A stretch of 64,000 bases of DNA, taken from NCBI GenBank assembly GCA_050250895.1, contig JBFWNU010000004.1:32001-96000 (forward strand), given 5' to 3'. Below are positions 32,190-42,814 of this stretch, one piece after another (the stretch's first letter is position 1; each line of letters opens with the position of its first letter). The DNA comes from Vulcanimicrobiota bacterium (GTDB lineage Bacteria > Vulcanimicrobiota > Xenobia > Xenobiales > JADMJV01). Made by a program: the position numbers and the translations under genes. A model generated the notes under the pieces. It ran no database searches. It had not been told where the DNA came from and was given only the letters and a program-made list of their open reading frames with translations.

Positions 32190-32252
32190 ACCCTCATCGA
32201 TTTCTCATCCGGGGTTCAGGACGCGCTCATGCGTGAGACCTAGACTCGCGCT

Positions 32253-33737
32253 ATGCGTGAACTGGTTTCTCAATGGAAAAAGGATCTACCGGCTTCGGTC
32301 GTGGTCTTTCTTGTAGCCCTGCCGCTGTGCATGGGCATTGCTCTGGCCTCGGGTGCTCCCCCCGCCCGAGGCCTGATCACGGGCATTATTGGCGGGCTGG
32401 TAGTAGGCTTTCTGGCCGGCTGTCCTCTCCAGGTCAGCGGCCCGGCCGCCGGACTGGCCGTCATTGTCTGGGAATGCATCGAGAAGTACGGCCTGGAGAG
32501 CCTGGGCGTGCTCGTGCTCGGCTGTGGAATCTTCCAGTTTCTGGCGGGTCAGCTCGGGCTCGGACGCTGGTTTCAGGCCGTCTCGCCCGCCGTCATCAAG
32601 GGAATGCTGGCCGGGATCGGACTTTTGATCTTCGCCAGCCAGTTCCATGTGATGGTGGACGACAGCCCCAAAGGTGGTGGCTGGGCCAACATCTCTTCGC
32701 TACCAGGAGCGGTGATGAAGGGCGTCATTCCCACCGAGAACACCACCCACCACCTGGCCGCCATGATCGGCCTCACCACGCTGATCGTGATCGTGGCCTG
32801 GAACTACCTGCGACCGAAATCGCTGAAGCTGGTCCCCGCTCCCCTGGTGGCCATCGTGGTGGCCACTGCCGCCGCCTGGAGCCTGCCCATCTCGCGCGTG
32901 AAAGTACCCGCCAACCTGGCGGACGTGGTAGCCTTCCCGACCTTCTCCAACCTCAGTTTTGACCTGCTGCTGGCGGCCCTGGCCATGGCCTTTATCGCCA
33001 GCGCCGAGACGCTGCTCTGCGCCACCGCCGTCGATGCGCTCCACGACGGGCCCCGCACCAACTATGACCAGGAACTGCGGGCCCAGGGGGTAGGCAACCT
33101 GCTGTGTGGACTGGTCGGAGCCCTGCCCATGACCGGCGTCATCGTGCGCAGTTCGGCCAACATCGAGGCGGGTGGAAAGAGCCGACTGTCGGCCATCCTT
33201 CACGGGGTCTGGCTGCTGGCTTTCGTGGCCCTGCTGCCGTTCGTGCTAGAGCTCATTCCCACGGCTGCCCTGGCCGCCGTGCTGGTCTACATCGGTTATC
33301 GCCTGGTCGACCTGTCGGTCATCAAGAAACTCAAGAAATACGGCTGGGGCGAGGTGGGCGTCTATGTCGCCACCCTGACCGTGATCGTCTTCGACGACCT
33401 GCTCCACGGCGTCCTGGTAGGTCTGGCCCTGGCGATGTTGCGGCTGGTCTATAATCTGAGCCACCTCGACGTGCGCTCCGACGACAACGGTCGTGACATC
33501 GACCTGCATCTCGAAGGGGCGGCCACCTTCGTCAGCCTGCCGCGCCTGGCCAGTGCTCTCGAAGGCCTGCCCACGCGCCGGCGGGTGCGGGTGCACCTCA
33601 ACCGGCTGCACCTGGTCGACCACGCCTGCGTCGAGTTGCTGACCAACTTCGACCGGCTGTACACCAACGGAGGCGGCCAACTCGAAGTGGAATGGAACGA
33701 GCTGACCAGTCGAACCAACCTCAAGGTAGCAAGCTAA
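32253..33737 (+). CDS. SulP-family inorganic anion transporter
   Basis: DLPASVVVFLVALPLCMGIA, QVSGPAAGL and PMTGVIVRSSAN. Confidence 0.95.
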   Translation: MRELVSQWKKDLPASVVVFLVALPLCMGIALASGAPPARGLITGIIGGLVVGFLAGCPLQVSGPAAGLAVIVWECIEKYGLESLGVLVLGCGIFQFLAGQLGLGRWFQAVSPAVIKGMLAGIGLLIFASQFHVMVDDSPKGGGWANISSLPGAVMKGVIPTENTTHHLAAMIGLTTLIVIVAWNYLRPKSLKLVPAPLVAIVVATAAAWSLPISRVKVPANLADVVAFPTFSNLSFDLLLAALAMAFIASAETLLCATAVDALHDGPRTNYDQELRAQGVGNLLCGLVGALPMTGVIVRSSANIEAGGKSRLSAILHGVWLLAFVALLPFVLELIPTAALAAVLVYIGYRLVDLSVIKKLKKYGWGEVGVYVATLTVIVFDDLLHGVLVGLALAMLRLVYNLSHLDVRSDDNGRDIDLHLEGAATFVSLPRLASALEGLPTRRRVRVHLNRLHLVDHACVELLTNFDRLYTNGGGQLEVEWNELTSRTNLKVAS

Positions 33738-34128
33738 AGCCAGCCACCTGGAAGTGCCCATCGAAAGTAAAGGCAGCGGCGATCCCACGCTCTTGCATCA
33801 GGGCAAAACTGACGGCGTCGACAAAACTGAAGTCTTGGTCGCGATACTTGCTCAGCCATTCGCGAGCCGCCTCTTCCAGAGGCGGAGTCGAGCACAGCTT
33901 TTCGAGCTTGGGACTCTGACTCAAGACCTCTAGAAAACGGAGTCCGACTGCCACGCCGCGCCTCCTTCCCAGGAGGGCATAGGTCTCGCCAACAACGAGA
34001 TTGGTGGTCAGCAGACGCCGATAATTTCTTAGCGCCGCGCGGTAGAAGTCGGCGGCTGGGCGGTGGTAGGTGTCACGCGGATTGAACACGGCCAACCATC
34101 CAGCCGTGTCGACGAAAAGCTCATTCAT
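33721..34128 (-). CDS. vapC: PIN-domain toxin (VapC family)
   Basis: LFVDTAGW, TTNLVVGETY, SFVDAVSF and FTFDGHF. Confidence 0.92.
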   Translation of the reverse strand: MNELFVDTAGWLAVFNPRDTYHRPAADFYRAALRNYRRLLTTNLVVGETYALLGRRRGVAVGLRFLEVLSQSPKLEKLCSTPPLEEAAREWLSKYRDQDFSFVDAVSFALMQERGIAAAFTFDGHFQVAGFSLLP

Positions 34129-34369
34129 CTCCGGCAAGATAGGCGTCATGCTCAGTGGCCAGGTCGGAAGGCAGGTCAAGCCCCTCGGCCAGCCCGATCA
34201 AGTCGAGGGCCGGGTCGTCGTCAGCTTGATAGCGAAGACTCAGAAGGTGGTCAATCCCTTCTCTTACCAGGGCCGCTTTGGAGGTCTTCAAACGCGTGGC
34301 CAGTTGATCGAGTTCATGATATTGACGCTCGGTGAGGTAAAGCTGATATGGCTTCATGGACTCGCTCAT
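34121..34369 (-). CDS. vapB: RHH/CopG-type antitoxin (VapB)
   Basis: YQLYLTERQ..SKAALVREGID..EHDAYL; overlaps the toxin start. Confidence 0.85.
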   Translation of the reverse strand: MSESMKPYQLYLTERQYHELDQLATRLKTSKAALVREGIDHLLSLRYQADDDPALDLIGLAEGLDLPSDLATEHDAYLAGDE

Positions 34370-34452
34370 TAGATCGACTTCACCATACCACTATCATGAC
34401 ACGGATGCAAGACTCGAGAAGGTGGCCGGTGGTCTCGGTCAAAGAGCCCGGC

Positions 34453-35406
34453 ATGACCAGGACACTTCAAACCTCGCCGGCCAACCCTGACCGAGTCGGC
34501 TCGCTTCCCGAGTGGTTTCCGCTTCAGTGGACCAAGCTCGACACTCCTATCCTCTCTCCGCGCGAGCGGGGCTTTGACTCGCGTAACGTCTACAATGTAG
34601 CCGCCTGCCAGCAAGGCAACACCACCACTTTGCTGGTTCGCGGCGAGACCCGTGAAGAGGCCCCGACCCTGTGCACGGGGCGCCTGGGCCTGGCGTTCAG
34701 CGAGGACGGGGTCACCTTTCACCGTGAGGTCGACCCGGTGCTGGTGCCCGACGCCCCCTACGAAGCGCGCGGAGTCGAGGACCCGCGTCTGATCGAGGTG
34801 GACGGGACCTACTATCTGACCTACACCTCCTATGACGGCAACAAGGCGCGCTTGTGTCTGGCCACCAGCCCGGACCTGCGCAACTGGCGCCGCTACGGCC
34901 CGCTCTTTCCCGAGTTTCCTGAATTTGACCACTGGACCAAATCGGGGGCCATCCTGGCCCGTCCCGGCCGCCACGTCATGTACTTCGGAGACTTTGACAT
35001 CTGGATGGCCACCTCAGACAACCTGACCGACTGGGAATACCGCTCCCAGCCGGTGATTGCTCGCCGTCCCGACAGCTTCGAGAGCCGCCTCATCGAGCCC
35101 GGCCCCCCGCCCTTTCTGACCCGCCACGGCATCGTGCTCATCTACAACTGCGCCGACCGGCGCAACCGCTACTCGACCACGGCCGCACTGTTCCATCCCG
35201 ACCGCCCCTGGGAGTTGCTGGACCGCCTGGAGGAGCCCTTTCTCAAGCCCAGCCTCGACTGGGAAATCTATGGCTATGTCAATCATGTCACCTTCGCCGA
35301 AGGTCTGGTGAGGCGGGGAGACCGCTTCTATCTTTACTACGGCGGAGCCGACCGCCACGTGGGTCTAGCGCAAGCCACCGTGCCCAAAGGTTATCTGGCC
35401 GATTGA
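34453..35406 (+). CDS. glycoside hydrolase family 130 protein
   Basis: GVEDPR, YYLTYTSYDG, WTKSGAI, VTFAEG and YYGGAD; start uncertain. Confidence 0.9.
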   Translation: MTRTLQTSPANPDRVGSLPEWFPLQWTKLDTPILSPRERGFDSRNVYNVAACQQGNTTTLLVRGETREEAPTLCTGRLGLAFSEDGVTFHREVDPVLVPDAPYEARGVEDPRLIEVDGTYYLTYTSYDGNKARLCLATSPDLRNWRRYGPLFPEFPEFDHWTKSGAILARPGRHVMYFGDFDIWMATSDNLTDWEYRSQPVIARRPDSFESRLIEPGPPPFLTRHGIVLIYNCADRRNRYSTTAALFHPDRPWELLDRLEEPFLKPSLDWEIYGYVNHVTFAEGLVRRGDRFYLYYGGADRHVGLAQATVPKGYLAD

Positions 35407-37106
35407 ACCGCTGGCTCCTGCTCGGGCTGGTGCTGCTCCTGACAGGCTGCGCGCGCACCGTCGACCCCAGGGTCCTGCGGGCCGGCGGCGACTGGTCGCC
35501 GCCGCCGGCTTACCACGGCAACCCCTTCGGCTTCGGCGGAGTGGGCGCCGCCTATCACTTCGTCTTCGAGCCGCTCTTTAGCTACGTCCCCGAGACGGGC
35601 CAATGGCTGCCTCGGCTCGGACTCTCCTATGAGGATGAGGGCCGCACCACCACCGTCCACTTGCGACCCGACAATCGCTGGCACGACGGCTCGCCGGTAA
35701 CGGCCGAGGATGTGCGGGCCAACCTGTTGCTGCTCATCCTGCGGGGCCATCCGGTAGGCGAGTTCTGCAGCCGCATCGAGGTAGTCGACCCTCTGACTTT
35801 GCGCTTTCACTGGCGCTACCTGACCGAAGACCTCAAGACCATGGTCTTGGCCGAGCTGGTCTACTTTCCGGCCAAGGCCTTTCCCGGCCCCCTGGCCGTG
35901 GTCGAAGACTTTCGGCGACTGGGTCTGCAGCGCGAGCAAGAGGCTCCCCCCGAGCTGCAAAAGCGGATGGCCGAGGCCCGCCAACAACTGTTGCGCTATC
36001 GCCCCGAACTGGCATCGGGCACCGGCCCCTTTCGCATGACCCGGGTGACCGCTTCCGAAATGGTCTTCGAAAAGTTTGCCCAGCACCCGCTGGCCAGTCG
36101 TCTGGATTACGATCAGTTGCGCGTCTTTCGCATCGGCAGCAACGAAGTCGGCTGGGCCATGCTGTTGTCGAATCAGCTCGACTTCGTGGCCATGGCCTGT
36201 CCCATCGACCTGACCGCCGAAATCCAGCGCAAGAACCCCAACTATCGGGTGGCCCTGCCCGCCGACGGCAACGAAGTCGGCTTCATCCTCAATTCGCGGC
36301 GCCTGGCGCCGGCACTGCGCCAGGCCCTGATTCTGGCCCTGGATCGCGACGGCGTGCGCCGCATCGCCTTTCCTTACGGTGAGACGGTGGACGACCGCGG
36401 GTTGGGCGTGCTGGCTTCGTTGCGCTCCAAGTGGCTGACAGCCGAAGAACTGGCCACCTTCCAACCCCGCAGCCACCAACCCGAGCAAGCCCGCCAAATC
36501 TTGGAAAAGGCGGGCTACCGGCTGGTCGAAGGACGCTGGCACGACGCGGCCGGCCAGCCCCTGGCCCTCACCGTCACCTGTCGGGGCGGTTACACCGACT
36601 TTATCCTGATGGCCGAGGTGGCGGCGGCCCAGTGGGACAGGTTCGGCATCGCCACCCAGATTCGCGTGGTCCCCCCCGACCTCTACCCGACCCTGTTGAC
36701 GGCCGGCGACTTTCAAGTGACGGCCACCTTCGGCGTGATGCACGGGCGTTTTGTCACTCCGGTGGCCGGTCTCGAGCGCTTCTTCTATCCCGGCAACGAA
36801 GTCAACAAGGCCATGGGCTTGCCCCCCCGCCTCGAGGTAGACGGCGAGCGCTTTAGCTCGGATCAACTGATTCGCTCCTTGCGCCGGGAAGAAGACCCCA
36901 CCCGACTGCGGCGGGGGGTCTATCTGCTCAGCCGGGCCCTCTACGATCAGGCCGTCTATCTGCCCGTCTTCGAAAAACGCAACCCGATGTTCTATGCCGA
37001 GGGACCGGTGGTGCACGGCTGGCCCGACAACCAGGACCCGACCTGGTCCAATGTCGTGTGCGGGGCCGAGCAGACCTTTCTGGATGTGCTCTTGTTCGAC
37101 CAATGA
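35403..37106 (+). CDS. ABC transporter solute-binding lipoprotein (family 5)
   Basis: LTGC lipobox, WHDGSPVTAEDV and GTGPF. Confidence 0.92.
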   Translation: MNRWLLLGLVLLLTGCARTVDPRVLRAGGDWSPPPAYHGNPFGFGGVGAAYHFVFEPLFSYVPETGQWLPRLGLSYEDEGRTTTVHLRPDNRWHDGSPVTAEDVRANLLLLILRGHPVGEFCSRIEVVDPLTLRFHWRYLTEDLKTMVLAELVYFPAKAFPGPLAVVEDFRRLGLQREQEAPPELQKRMAEARQQLLRYRPELASGTGPFRMTRVTASEMVFEKFAQHPLASRLDYDQLRVFRIGSNEVGWAMLLSNQLDFVAMACPIDLTAEIQRKNPNYRVALPADGNEVGFILNSRRLAPALRQALILALDRDGVRRIAFPYGETVDDRGLGVLASLRSKWLTAEELATFQPRSHQPEQARQILEKAGYRLVEGRWHDAAGQPLALTVTCRGGYTDFILMAEVAAAQWDRFGIATQIRVVPPDLYPTLLTAGDFQVTATFGVMHGRFVTPVAGLERFFYPGNEVNKAMGLPPRLEVDGERFSSDQLIRSLRREEDPTRLRRGVYLLSRALYDQAVYLPVFEKRNPMFYAEGPVVHGWPDNQDPTWSNVVCGAEQTFLDVLLFDQ

Positions 37107-38086
37107 AACGGCTGGTGCGCAATAGCCTGTTGACCCTGTGGGCGGCCACCACCCTCACCTTCATCCTGATCCGCCAGATGCCCGGCGACATCGTCTATCA
37201 GTGGGCCCTGCAGCTGCAGGCCATGCAGGGGATCGACTTTCAACAGGCCGAGGCCCAGGTCAAGGTGATGCTCAACTATCAACCGGGCCAGACCATCTGG
37301 ACCCAGTATTTCAGCTATCTGGGCGGCCTGCTGCAGGGCAACCTGGGCACCAGCCTGGTCTATCAAATCCCGGTCTGGAAGGTGATCGCCCTGGCCCTGC
37401 CCTGGACGCTTGTCATCGCCTGCGGAGCGGTGAGCCTGTCGTTTGTGCTGGGCACCGGCCTGGGATTGCTGGCCGCCTGGAAGCGCCAGACCCGTTTGCC
37501 CGACCTGCTGCGCCTGTATGCCACCGTCAGCCAGGCCATTCCCGACTTTCTGGTGGGCCTGTTGCTGGTGGCTTTGTTCGGGATCAAGTTTCCCATCTTT
37601 CCGATGCGCGGAGCCTATTCGACCTTCGTCGAGCCGGGCCTCAACCCGGCCTTTCTGGCCGACGTGGCCTACCACGCCATCTTGCCCATTCTGGCCTTTG
37701 CCACCCCGATGATCGCCGACTGGGCGATGGCCGCTTTCGCCAGCGCCAGCTCGGTCCGCGAAGAGCTGTTTCTGGTCTCGGCCGAGGCCCAGGGCCTGAC
37801 GGTAGGCCGCATCGTGCGCTCTTATCTGGGTCCCAATGCACTTTTGCCCCTGGTGCCGGGCCTGGCCTCGAGCTTTGCGGGCGTGCTCGGAGGAGTCGTG
37901 CTGGTGGAGGCCATCTTCGGCTACCCCGGCCTGGGCCTGTTTCTGGCCCGCTCCATCGAACTGCGCGACTTTCCCTTGATGCAGGGTCTGTTCTTGCTGA
38001 CCACGGTGGCCACCATCGTGGCCAATTTGGCGGGTGAACTGGTGATCCGTCGCCTCGATCCGCGCATCGCCAAGGAGGCCGCGTGA
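37103..38086 (+). CDS. ABC transporter permease (OppB/DppB-like)
   Basis: MPGD, GNLGTS, VEAIFGYPGLG and RDFPLMQG. Confidence 0.93.
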   Translation: MKRLVRNSLLTLWAATTLTFILIRQMPGDIVYQWALQLQAMQGIDFQQAEAQVKVMLNYQPGQTIWTQYFSYLGGLLQGNLGTSLVYQIPVWKVIALALPWTLVIACGAVSLSFVLGTGLGLLAAWKRQTRLPDLLRLYATVSQAIPDFLVGLLLVALFGIKFPIFPMRGAYSTFVEPGLNPAFLADVAYHAILPILAFATPMIADWAMAAFASASSVREELFLVSAEAQGLTVGRIVRSYLGPNALLPLVPGLASSFAGVLGGVVLVEAIFGYPGLGLFLARSIELRDFPLMQGLFLLTTVATIVANLAGELVIRRLDPRIAKEAA

Positions 38087-38937
38087 AGGTTCTACTGGCC
38101 CGCTTCTGGTCCAACCGCAAAGCGGCCATCTGCCTGGTGCTGCTGGGCTTGCTGGTAGTGGTGGCCTTCGGAGCCCACCTGGTGGGCCAGCTCGATCGCA
38201 CTCCCAATGCCGACCTGCGCTTTGCCCCGCCCTCGCCCAGCCATTGGTTGGGCACCGATTACGCCGGCCGCGACATCGGGATGCAGCTGGTCTTCGGGGC
38301 CCGCGACGTGATCACGGTCAGTCTGTTGACCGGCTTTTTTGCCGTCTGTTTTGCCCTGGTGCTGGGCATGACCGCCGCCTATGCGGCCGGCCAGCGCCTG
38401 GATTCGGTCATCACGGCCGTGATCGACATCTTTTTGACCGTGCCAAACTTTCCCATCATGGCCATCGCGGCCGCCTTGTTTCAAGTGCGCAATCCCGTCA
38501 CCTTCGCCCTGGTGCTGGCCGTCTGGGCCTGGCCCGATCTGGCCCGTGGCGTGCGAGCCCAGGTGCTCTCCTTGCGCACCCGCGAATTCGTCGAGGCTGC
38601 TCAGGTTCAGGCCATGGGCCGCTGGCACATCCTGACCGGCGAGATTCTGCCCAACCTCATCCCCTTCACCCTGGTCCACTTCATCCGCCTATCCCGCGAT
38701 GCGGTGGCCATCTCGGTGGGCATCATGCTGCTGGGCCTGGTTCCCCTGCGGGTCGAAAACTGGGGTATGATGCTCAACCTGGCGGCCGTGCAATCAGGAG
38801 CTATCTACATCCCGCGGGCCTTCAGCTATCTACTCTCGCCGCTGGCGGCCATCGTGACCTATCAGTATCTGTTGATCTGCATCGCCCAGGGGGTGGAAGA
38901 GGCCTTTGACCCTCGGCTGGCCGGAGGGTCCCGATGA
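38083..38937 (+). CDS. ABC transporter permease (OppC/DppC-like)
   Basis: HWLGTDYAGRD, REFVEAA and WGMML. Confidence 0.93.
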   Translation: MKVLLARFWSNRKAAICLVLLGLLVVVAFGAHLVGQLDRTPNADLRFAPPSPSHWLGTDYAGRDIGMQLVFGARDVITVSLLTGFFAVCFALVLGMTAAYAAGQRLDSVITAVIDIFLTVPNFPIMAIAAALFQVRNPVTFALVLAVWAWPDLARGVRAQVLSLRTREFVEAAQVQAMGRWHILTGEILPNLIPFTLVHFIRLSRDAVAISVGIMLLGLVPLRVENWGMMLNLAAVQSGAIYIPRAFSYLLSPLAAIVTYQYLLICIAQGVEEAFDPRLAGGSR

Positions 38938-39896
38938 GCACGAGCCTGAGCAACTTCAGCCTCTCTTACCAAACCCGCCAGGGACCCCTACTCTGCCTGG
39001 ACGCCCTCGACCTCGAACTGCCGTCCGGCCAGGTCACGGCCCTGGTGGGCGAATCGGGCAGCGGCAAGAGCACCCTGGCGCGCGCCCTGCTCGGCCTTTT
39101 GCCCAGCAACGCCGTGATCCATCCCGGCAGCAGTTGCCAGGTGGAAGGAGCCGACCTGCTCAAACTGGCTCCCGAAGAGCTGCGACGCTTTCGCTGGGTC
39201 AAGGCCTCGATGGTCTTTCAAGCGGCCCAGACGGCCCTCAACCCCCTGCGCCCCATCGGGCAAACCTTTCAAGACGTGGCCCGGGCCCATCCCGACGCCC
39301 GGCCCATCGCCGTCGACGAGCTTTTGCGCGAGGTCCAACTCGATCCCGACCGGGTCCTACCCAGCTATCCCCATCAGCTCTCGGGCGGCATGAAGCAGCG
39401 GGTGGTCATCGCCCTGGCCCTGCTGCTCGACCCGCCCTTCGTGGTGCTCGACGAGCCCACCACAGCCCTTGACCTGCTCACCCAGGCTACCGTCTTCTCT
39501 CTGCTTCGCGGGGTGCAGGCCCGCCGCCAGACCACCATGTTGTTCATCACCCACGACCTGTCGGCAGTGGCTCAGCTGGCCCACCGGGTGGTGGTACTCT
39601 ACGCCGGGCGGCTGGTCGAAGAAGGTCCCGTCGAGGCCATCTTCGCCAACCCCCAGCACCCCTACACGGTCGAACTGGTCGCCTCGGCGCCTCGCCTGGA
39701 CCGCCCCGGAGCTCGCCCCCAGCGCAAGTTTCACCCGCCCTCGGCCGGCTACCGCTCGCCAGCCGGCTGCGTCTTCGCAGCCAGCTGCCCCCGGGCCGAC
39801 GCCCACTGCGCCGCCAACCGCCCGCCCCTGACGGCTGGGCCGTCCACTTCGTTTGCCTGTTTTCACCCGGAGGCCGAGTGTCGCTCGTCGAGTTAG
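38934..39896 (+). CDS. ABC transporter ATP-binding protein (OppD-like)
   Basis: GESGSGKS, LSGGMKQR, DEPTTALD and HPYT. Confidence 0.95.
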   Translation: MSTSLSNFSLSYQTRQGPLLCLDALDLELPSGQVTALVGESGSGKSTLARALLGLLPSNAVIHPGSSCQVEGADLLKLAPEELRRFRWVKASMVFQAAQTALNPLRPIGQTFQDVARAHPDARPIAVDELLREVQLDPDRVLPSYPHQLSGGMKQRVVIALALLLDPPFVVLDEPTTALDLLTQATVFSLLRGVQARRQTTMLFITHDLSAVAQLAHRVVVLYAGRLVEEGPVEAIFANPQHPYTVELVASAPRLDRPGARPQRKFHPPSAGYRSPAGCVFAASCPRADAHCAANRPPLTAGPSTSFACFHPEAECRSSS

Positions 39897-40840
39897 CCAG
39901 CCTGCGCGTAGCCTTTCCGCATCCCAGCCTGGGGCAGGTCGAGATTCTGCGCGGCATCGACCTGTCCATCGCCGAAGGTGAGCTGCTCACGGTGGTGGGC
40001 GAGTCGGGTTGCGGCAAGAGCACTCTCGGCCGGGTCATTCTCGGCCTGCAAAAGCCTACGGGTGGCAGCGTCAGCTATGAGGGCCGGCAGCTGCACACCC
40101 CCGACTTTGAGTGGACCACCGAGCGGCGCCTCATGGTCTCGGTGGTCCATCAAGACAGCTATGCCGCCCTCAACCCCCTGCGCACGGTGGGAGCCATCCT
40201 GCGCGCCCCCCTGCGCCGCCATCGCCCCGATTGCGACCAGGAAAAGACCATCCGTGACCTCCTGAGCGAAGTCGGCCTGACTCCGCCAGAACGCTATCTC
40301 GACGCCTATTCTTTCCAGCTCTCGGGCGGCCAACGCCAGCGGGTGGCCCTGGCCCGGGCCGTTTTGCTCGAACCCCGCCTGGTAGTGGCCGACGAGCCGA
40401 TTTCGGGCGTCGATGCCGCCGTCAAGCTGGAGATTCTCGACCTGATTCGCCGCTTTAACGGCGAACGGGGCACGGCTTTCGTCTATATCACCCACGATCT
40501 GGCCACGGCCAGCCTCATGGAACGCTCGCGGCTGCTGGTGCTCTATCTCGGCCAGGTGGTCGAACTCGGATCCATGCCAAAGCTGCTGAAACAACCCGGC
40601 CACCCCTACCTGCAGGCGCTGCTCTCGGCGGTGGTGCCACCCGATCCTGAACAGGCTCGCCAACGCCCGCCACTCGATCCGGCCCTGGCCGAAAATCCCG
40701 ATCCGGCCCGACCACCTTCAGGCTGCCTGTTCCACCCCCGCTGCCCTGGCTGCTTCGAGCCCTGCCCCGGCCAGCGCCCCACCCTTCTCTCTGTGGGCGA
40801 TGACCACCAGGTGGCCTGCCATCTTTTTTCCGAGATTTAA
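39878..40840 (+). CDS. ABC transporter ATP-binding protein (OppF-like)
   Basis: GESGCGKST, LSGGQRQR, GCLFHPRC and VACH. Confidence 0.95.
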   Translation: MSLVELASLRVAFPHPSLGQVEILRGIDLSIAEGELLTVVGESGCGKSTLGRVILGLQKPTGGSVSYEGRQLHTPDFEWTTERRLMVSVVHQDSYAALNPLRTVGAILRAPLRRHRPDCDQEKTIRDLLSEVGLTPPERYLDAYSFQLSGGQRQRVALARAVLLEPRLVVADEPISGVDAAVKLEILDLIRRFNGERGTAFVYITHDLATASLMERSRLLVLYLGQVVELGSMPKLLKQPGHPYLQALLSAVVPPDPEQARQRPPLDPALAENPDPARPPSGCLFHPRCPGCFEPCPGQRPTLLSVGDDHQVACHLFSEI

Positions 40841-40887
40841 CGATTCTGCAACATCGACCTATTACACTGGGTGGGCAGGAGGTTGAC

Positions 40888-41577
40888 ATGGTTCCTATTG
40901 GGCTCTCCCCTACCCGCCCGCCCCAGACGCCGGCCGCGCGTTCGGCCACCCACACGCCGCTGCCCGGTGAACCCGAGCCGCAAGCACCTTCCGACCAGGC
41001 TACGGTCAGTCGCTCTGGTGGTTCGAGCATCCGCAAGTGGTCGCTGGTAGCCCTGGCCGCGCTGGGCATCGGCGCCATGACCATCGCCACCACCAGCGCC
41101 CCTCCCGGCGTAGCCCAGGCCATGTCGGTCCAAACTGCGCCCACCACCCAACAGAGCGAGCAACTCTCCGACGGAGCACCCTTCGCCCTCTACCGCCACA
41201 ACGGCGAAGTAGTGGTCAACGTCGGCATCGGCGATCAGGTCATCTTTCCCAACGGTCTCGAGGGCGACTACGCCCACTACCGGCTACCCGGGGCCGAAGC
41301 CAACGCGGTCCATCAAGACGGCGAGTCCGTTTGCAAACAGGCCCTCGACCTGGGCGGGGCCCGCTGCGCCGGTGAAAACGCGGCCTATCTGCAGTCCCCT
41401 TCCGGCACCGTTTTCGTCGAGCAGACGGGCGTGAACACCTTGCACATCGTCAACGCTGACGGAGCCGACATCACCGTCGAGAGCCAGCCCAAAGGAGTCG
41501 ACGCCAAGGCCTCTTACCCCGATCAGTTCATCGGCGGAGCCCACTTCTACAACGACGGTCAAATCGGGCACTATTAG
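40888..41577 (+). CDS. hypothetical single-TM protein with Pro-rich N-terminus
   Basis: AGGAGG RBS; one hydrophobic helix after about 50 low-complexity residues. Confidence 0.75.
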   Translation: MVPIGLSPTRPPQTPAARSATHTPLPGEPEPQAPSDQATVSRSGGSSIRKWSLVALAALGIGAMTIATTSAPPGVAQAMSVQTAPTTQQSEQLSDGAPFALYRHNGEVVVNVGIGDQVIFPNGLEGDYAHYRLPGAEANAVHQDGESVCKQALDLGGARCAGENAAYLQSPSGTVFVEQTGVNTLHIVNADGADITVESQPKGVDAKASYPDQFIGGAHFYNDGQIGHY

Positions 41578-41622
41578 AGGCTACACTAGGGAGCGGGGTT
41601 GCCCGGGGCGAATCGCGGGCCC

Positions 41623-42777
41623 ATGATCGATCTTCCGCGCGGGTTTCGCGCCTGCGGTGTCCATGCCGGGCTCAAGAAAGATGGCCAGCTCGATGTGGGC
41701 ATGCTGGTCAGCGACAGCCCCTGCCGAGGCGCGGCCGTCTTCACCAAAAACCTGGTCGTGGCCGCCCCGGTCGTCTTCGACCGCCAACTGCTGCTCGACC
41801 ACCCCGAGTCTCTCGCGGGAGTCGTGCTCAACAGCAAGAACGCTAACGCCGTCACCGGTGAGCAAGGCATGCGCGACGCCGAGGCCATGTCGGCCTATGC
41901 TCAAAGGGCCCTGGCCACCGCCAATCGCATGCTGGTGATGTCGACCGGGGTGATCGGCAACCCCATGCCCATGGACAAGATCCGAGCCGGGATCGACCTG
42001 GGCGTGCCCGCGCTGGGCCCGGACGGCACCGGCTTGTCGCTAGCCATGATGACCACCGACACCCGGCCCAAGACGGCCACCGCCACCCTTTCCAACGGCG
42101 CACGCCTGACCGGCTTTGCCAAAGGCGCCGGCATGATCCATCCCGATATGGCCACCATGCTCTCGATCGTGGCCACCGACGCCGAGCTCTCCTTGACGGA
42201 ACTGCGCTCGCTGGTGGCGTGGGTGAGCGAGCATTCTTTCAACTGCATCTCGGTCGACGGCGACACCAGCACCAACGACACCTTTCTGGTGCTGGCCAAC
42301 GGCCGGGCCGGCCCCGTCGACCCCTCCGAATTCCGCGCCGCCCTACTGTCTCTAAGCCAGGATCTGGCCCGCCAGGTCGCTTTTGACGGCGAGGGAGCAG
42401 CCCACCACCTTACCATCGAGGTCGAAGGCCTGGCCGACTTCGCCCAGGCCCGAGCCATCGGTCGCACCATCGCCACCTCGCCCCTGGTCAAGACGGCCAT
42501 CTACGGACGCGATGCCAACTGGGGCCGCATCCTGGCTGCGGCCGGCCGGGCCGGAGTGCCTTTCGACCCCGAATTGGCCAACCTCTGGCTCGAAGACCTG
42601 CAGTTCCTCTCCGCCGGCCAACCCAAACTGCACGACCCCGATGTCGAACGCGACCGCCTCTCTCGCCAGGCCCTGACCATTCGCCTACAACTCGGCTCCG
42701 GCCCCGGCCGGGCCACCGTCTGGACCTGCGACCTCACCGACGACTACATCCGCATCAACGCCGAATACCGCACCTAG
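41623..42777 (+). CDS. argJ: glutamate N-acetyltransferase (ornithine acetyltransferase)
   Basis: KGAGMIHPDMATML autocleavage site, SVDGDTSTND, DANWGRI and YIRINAEYRT. Confidence 0.97.
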   Translation: MIDLPRGFRACGVHAGLKKDGQLDVGMLVSDSPCRGAAVFTKNLVVAAPVVFDRQLLLDHPESLAGVVLNSKNANAVTGEQGMRDAEAMSAYAQRALATANRMLVMSTGVIGNPMPMDKIRAGIDLGVPALGPDGTGLSLAMMTTDTRPKTATATLSNGARLTGFAKGAGMIHPDMATMLSIVATDAELSLTELRSLVAWVSEHSFNCISVDGDTSTNDTFLVLANGRAGPVDPSEFRAALLSLSQDLARQVAFDGEGAAHHLTIEVEGLADFAQARAIGRTIATSPLVKTAIYGRDANWGRILAAAGRAGVPFDPELANLWLEDLQFLSAGQPKLHDPDVERDRLSRQALTIRLQLGSGPGRATVWTCDLTDDYIRINAEYRT

Positions 42778-42814
42778 CGGCCTGCGGCCCAGGAGGTGCT
42801 CGGGCGGCCTGCGG

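Noticed and set aside
35391-37103. 570-aa minus-strand ORF and similar long antisense ORFs (e.g. 23752-24738, 45303-46454, 59522-60544)
   Set aside because: Shadows of well-supported genes caused by high-GC codon bias
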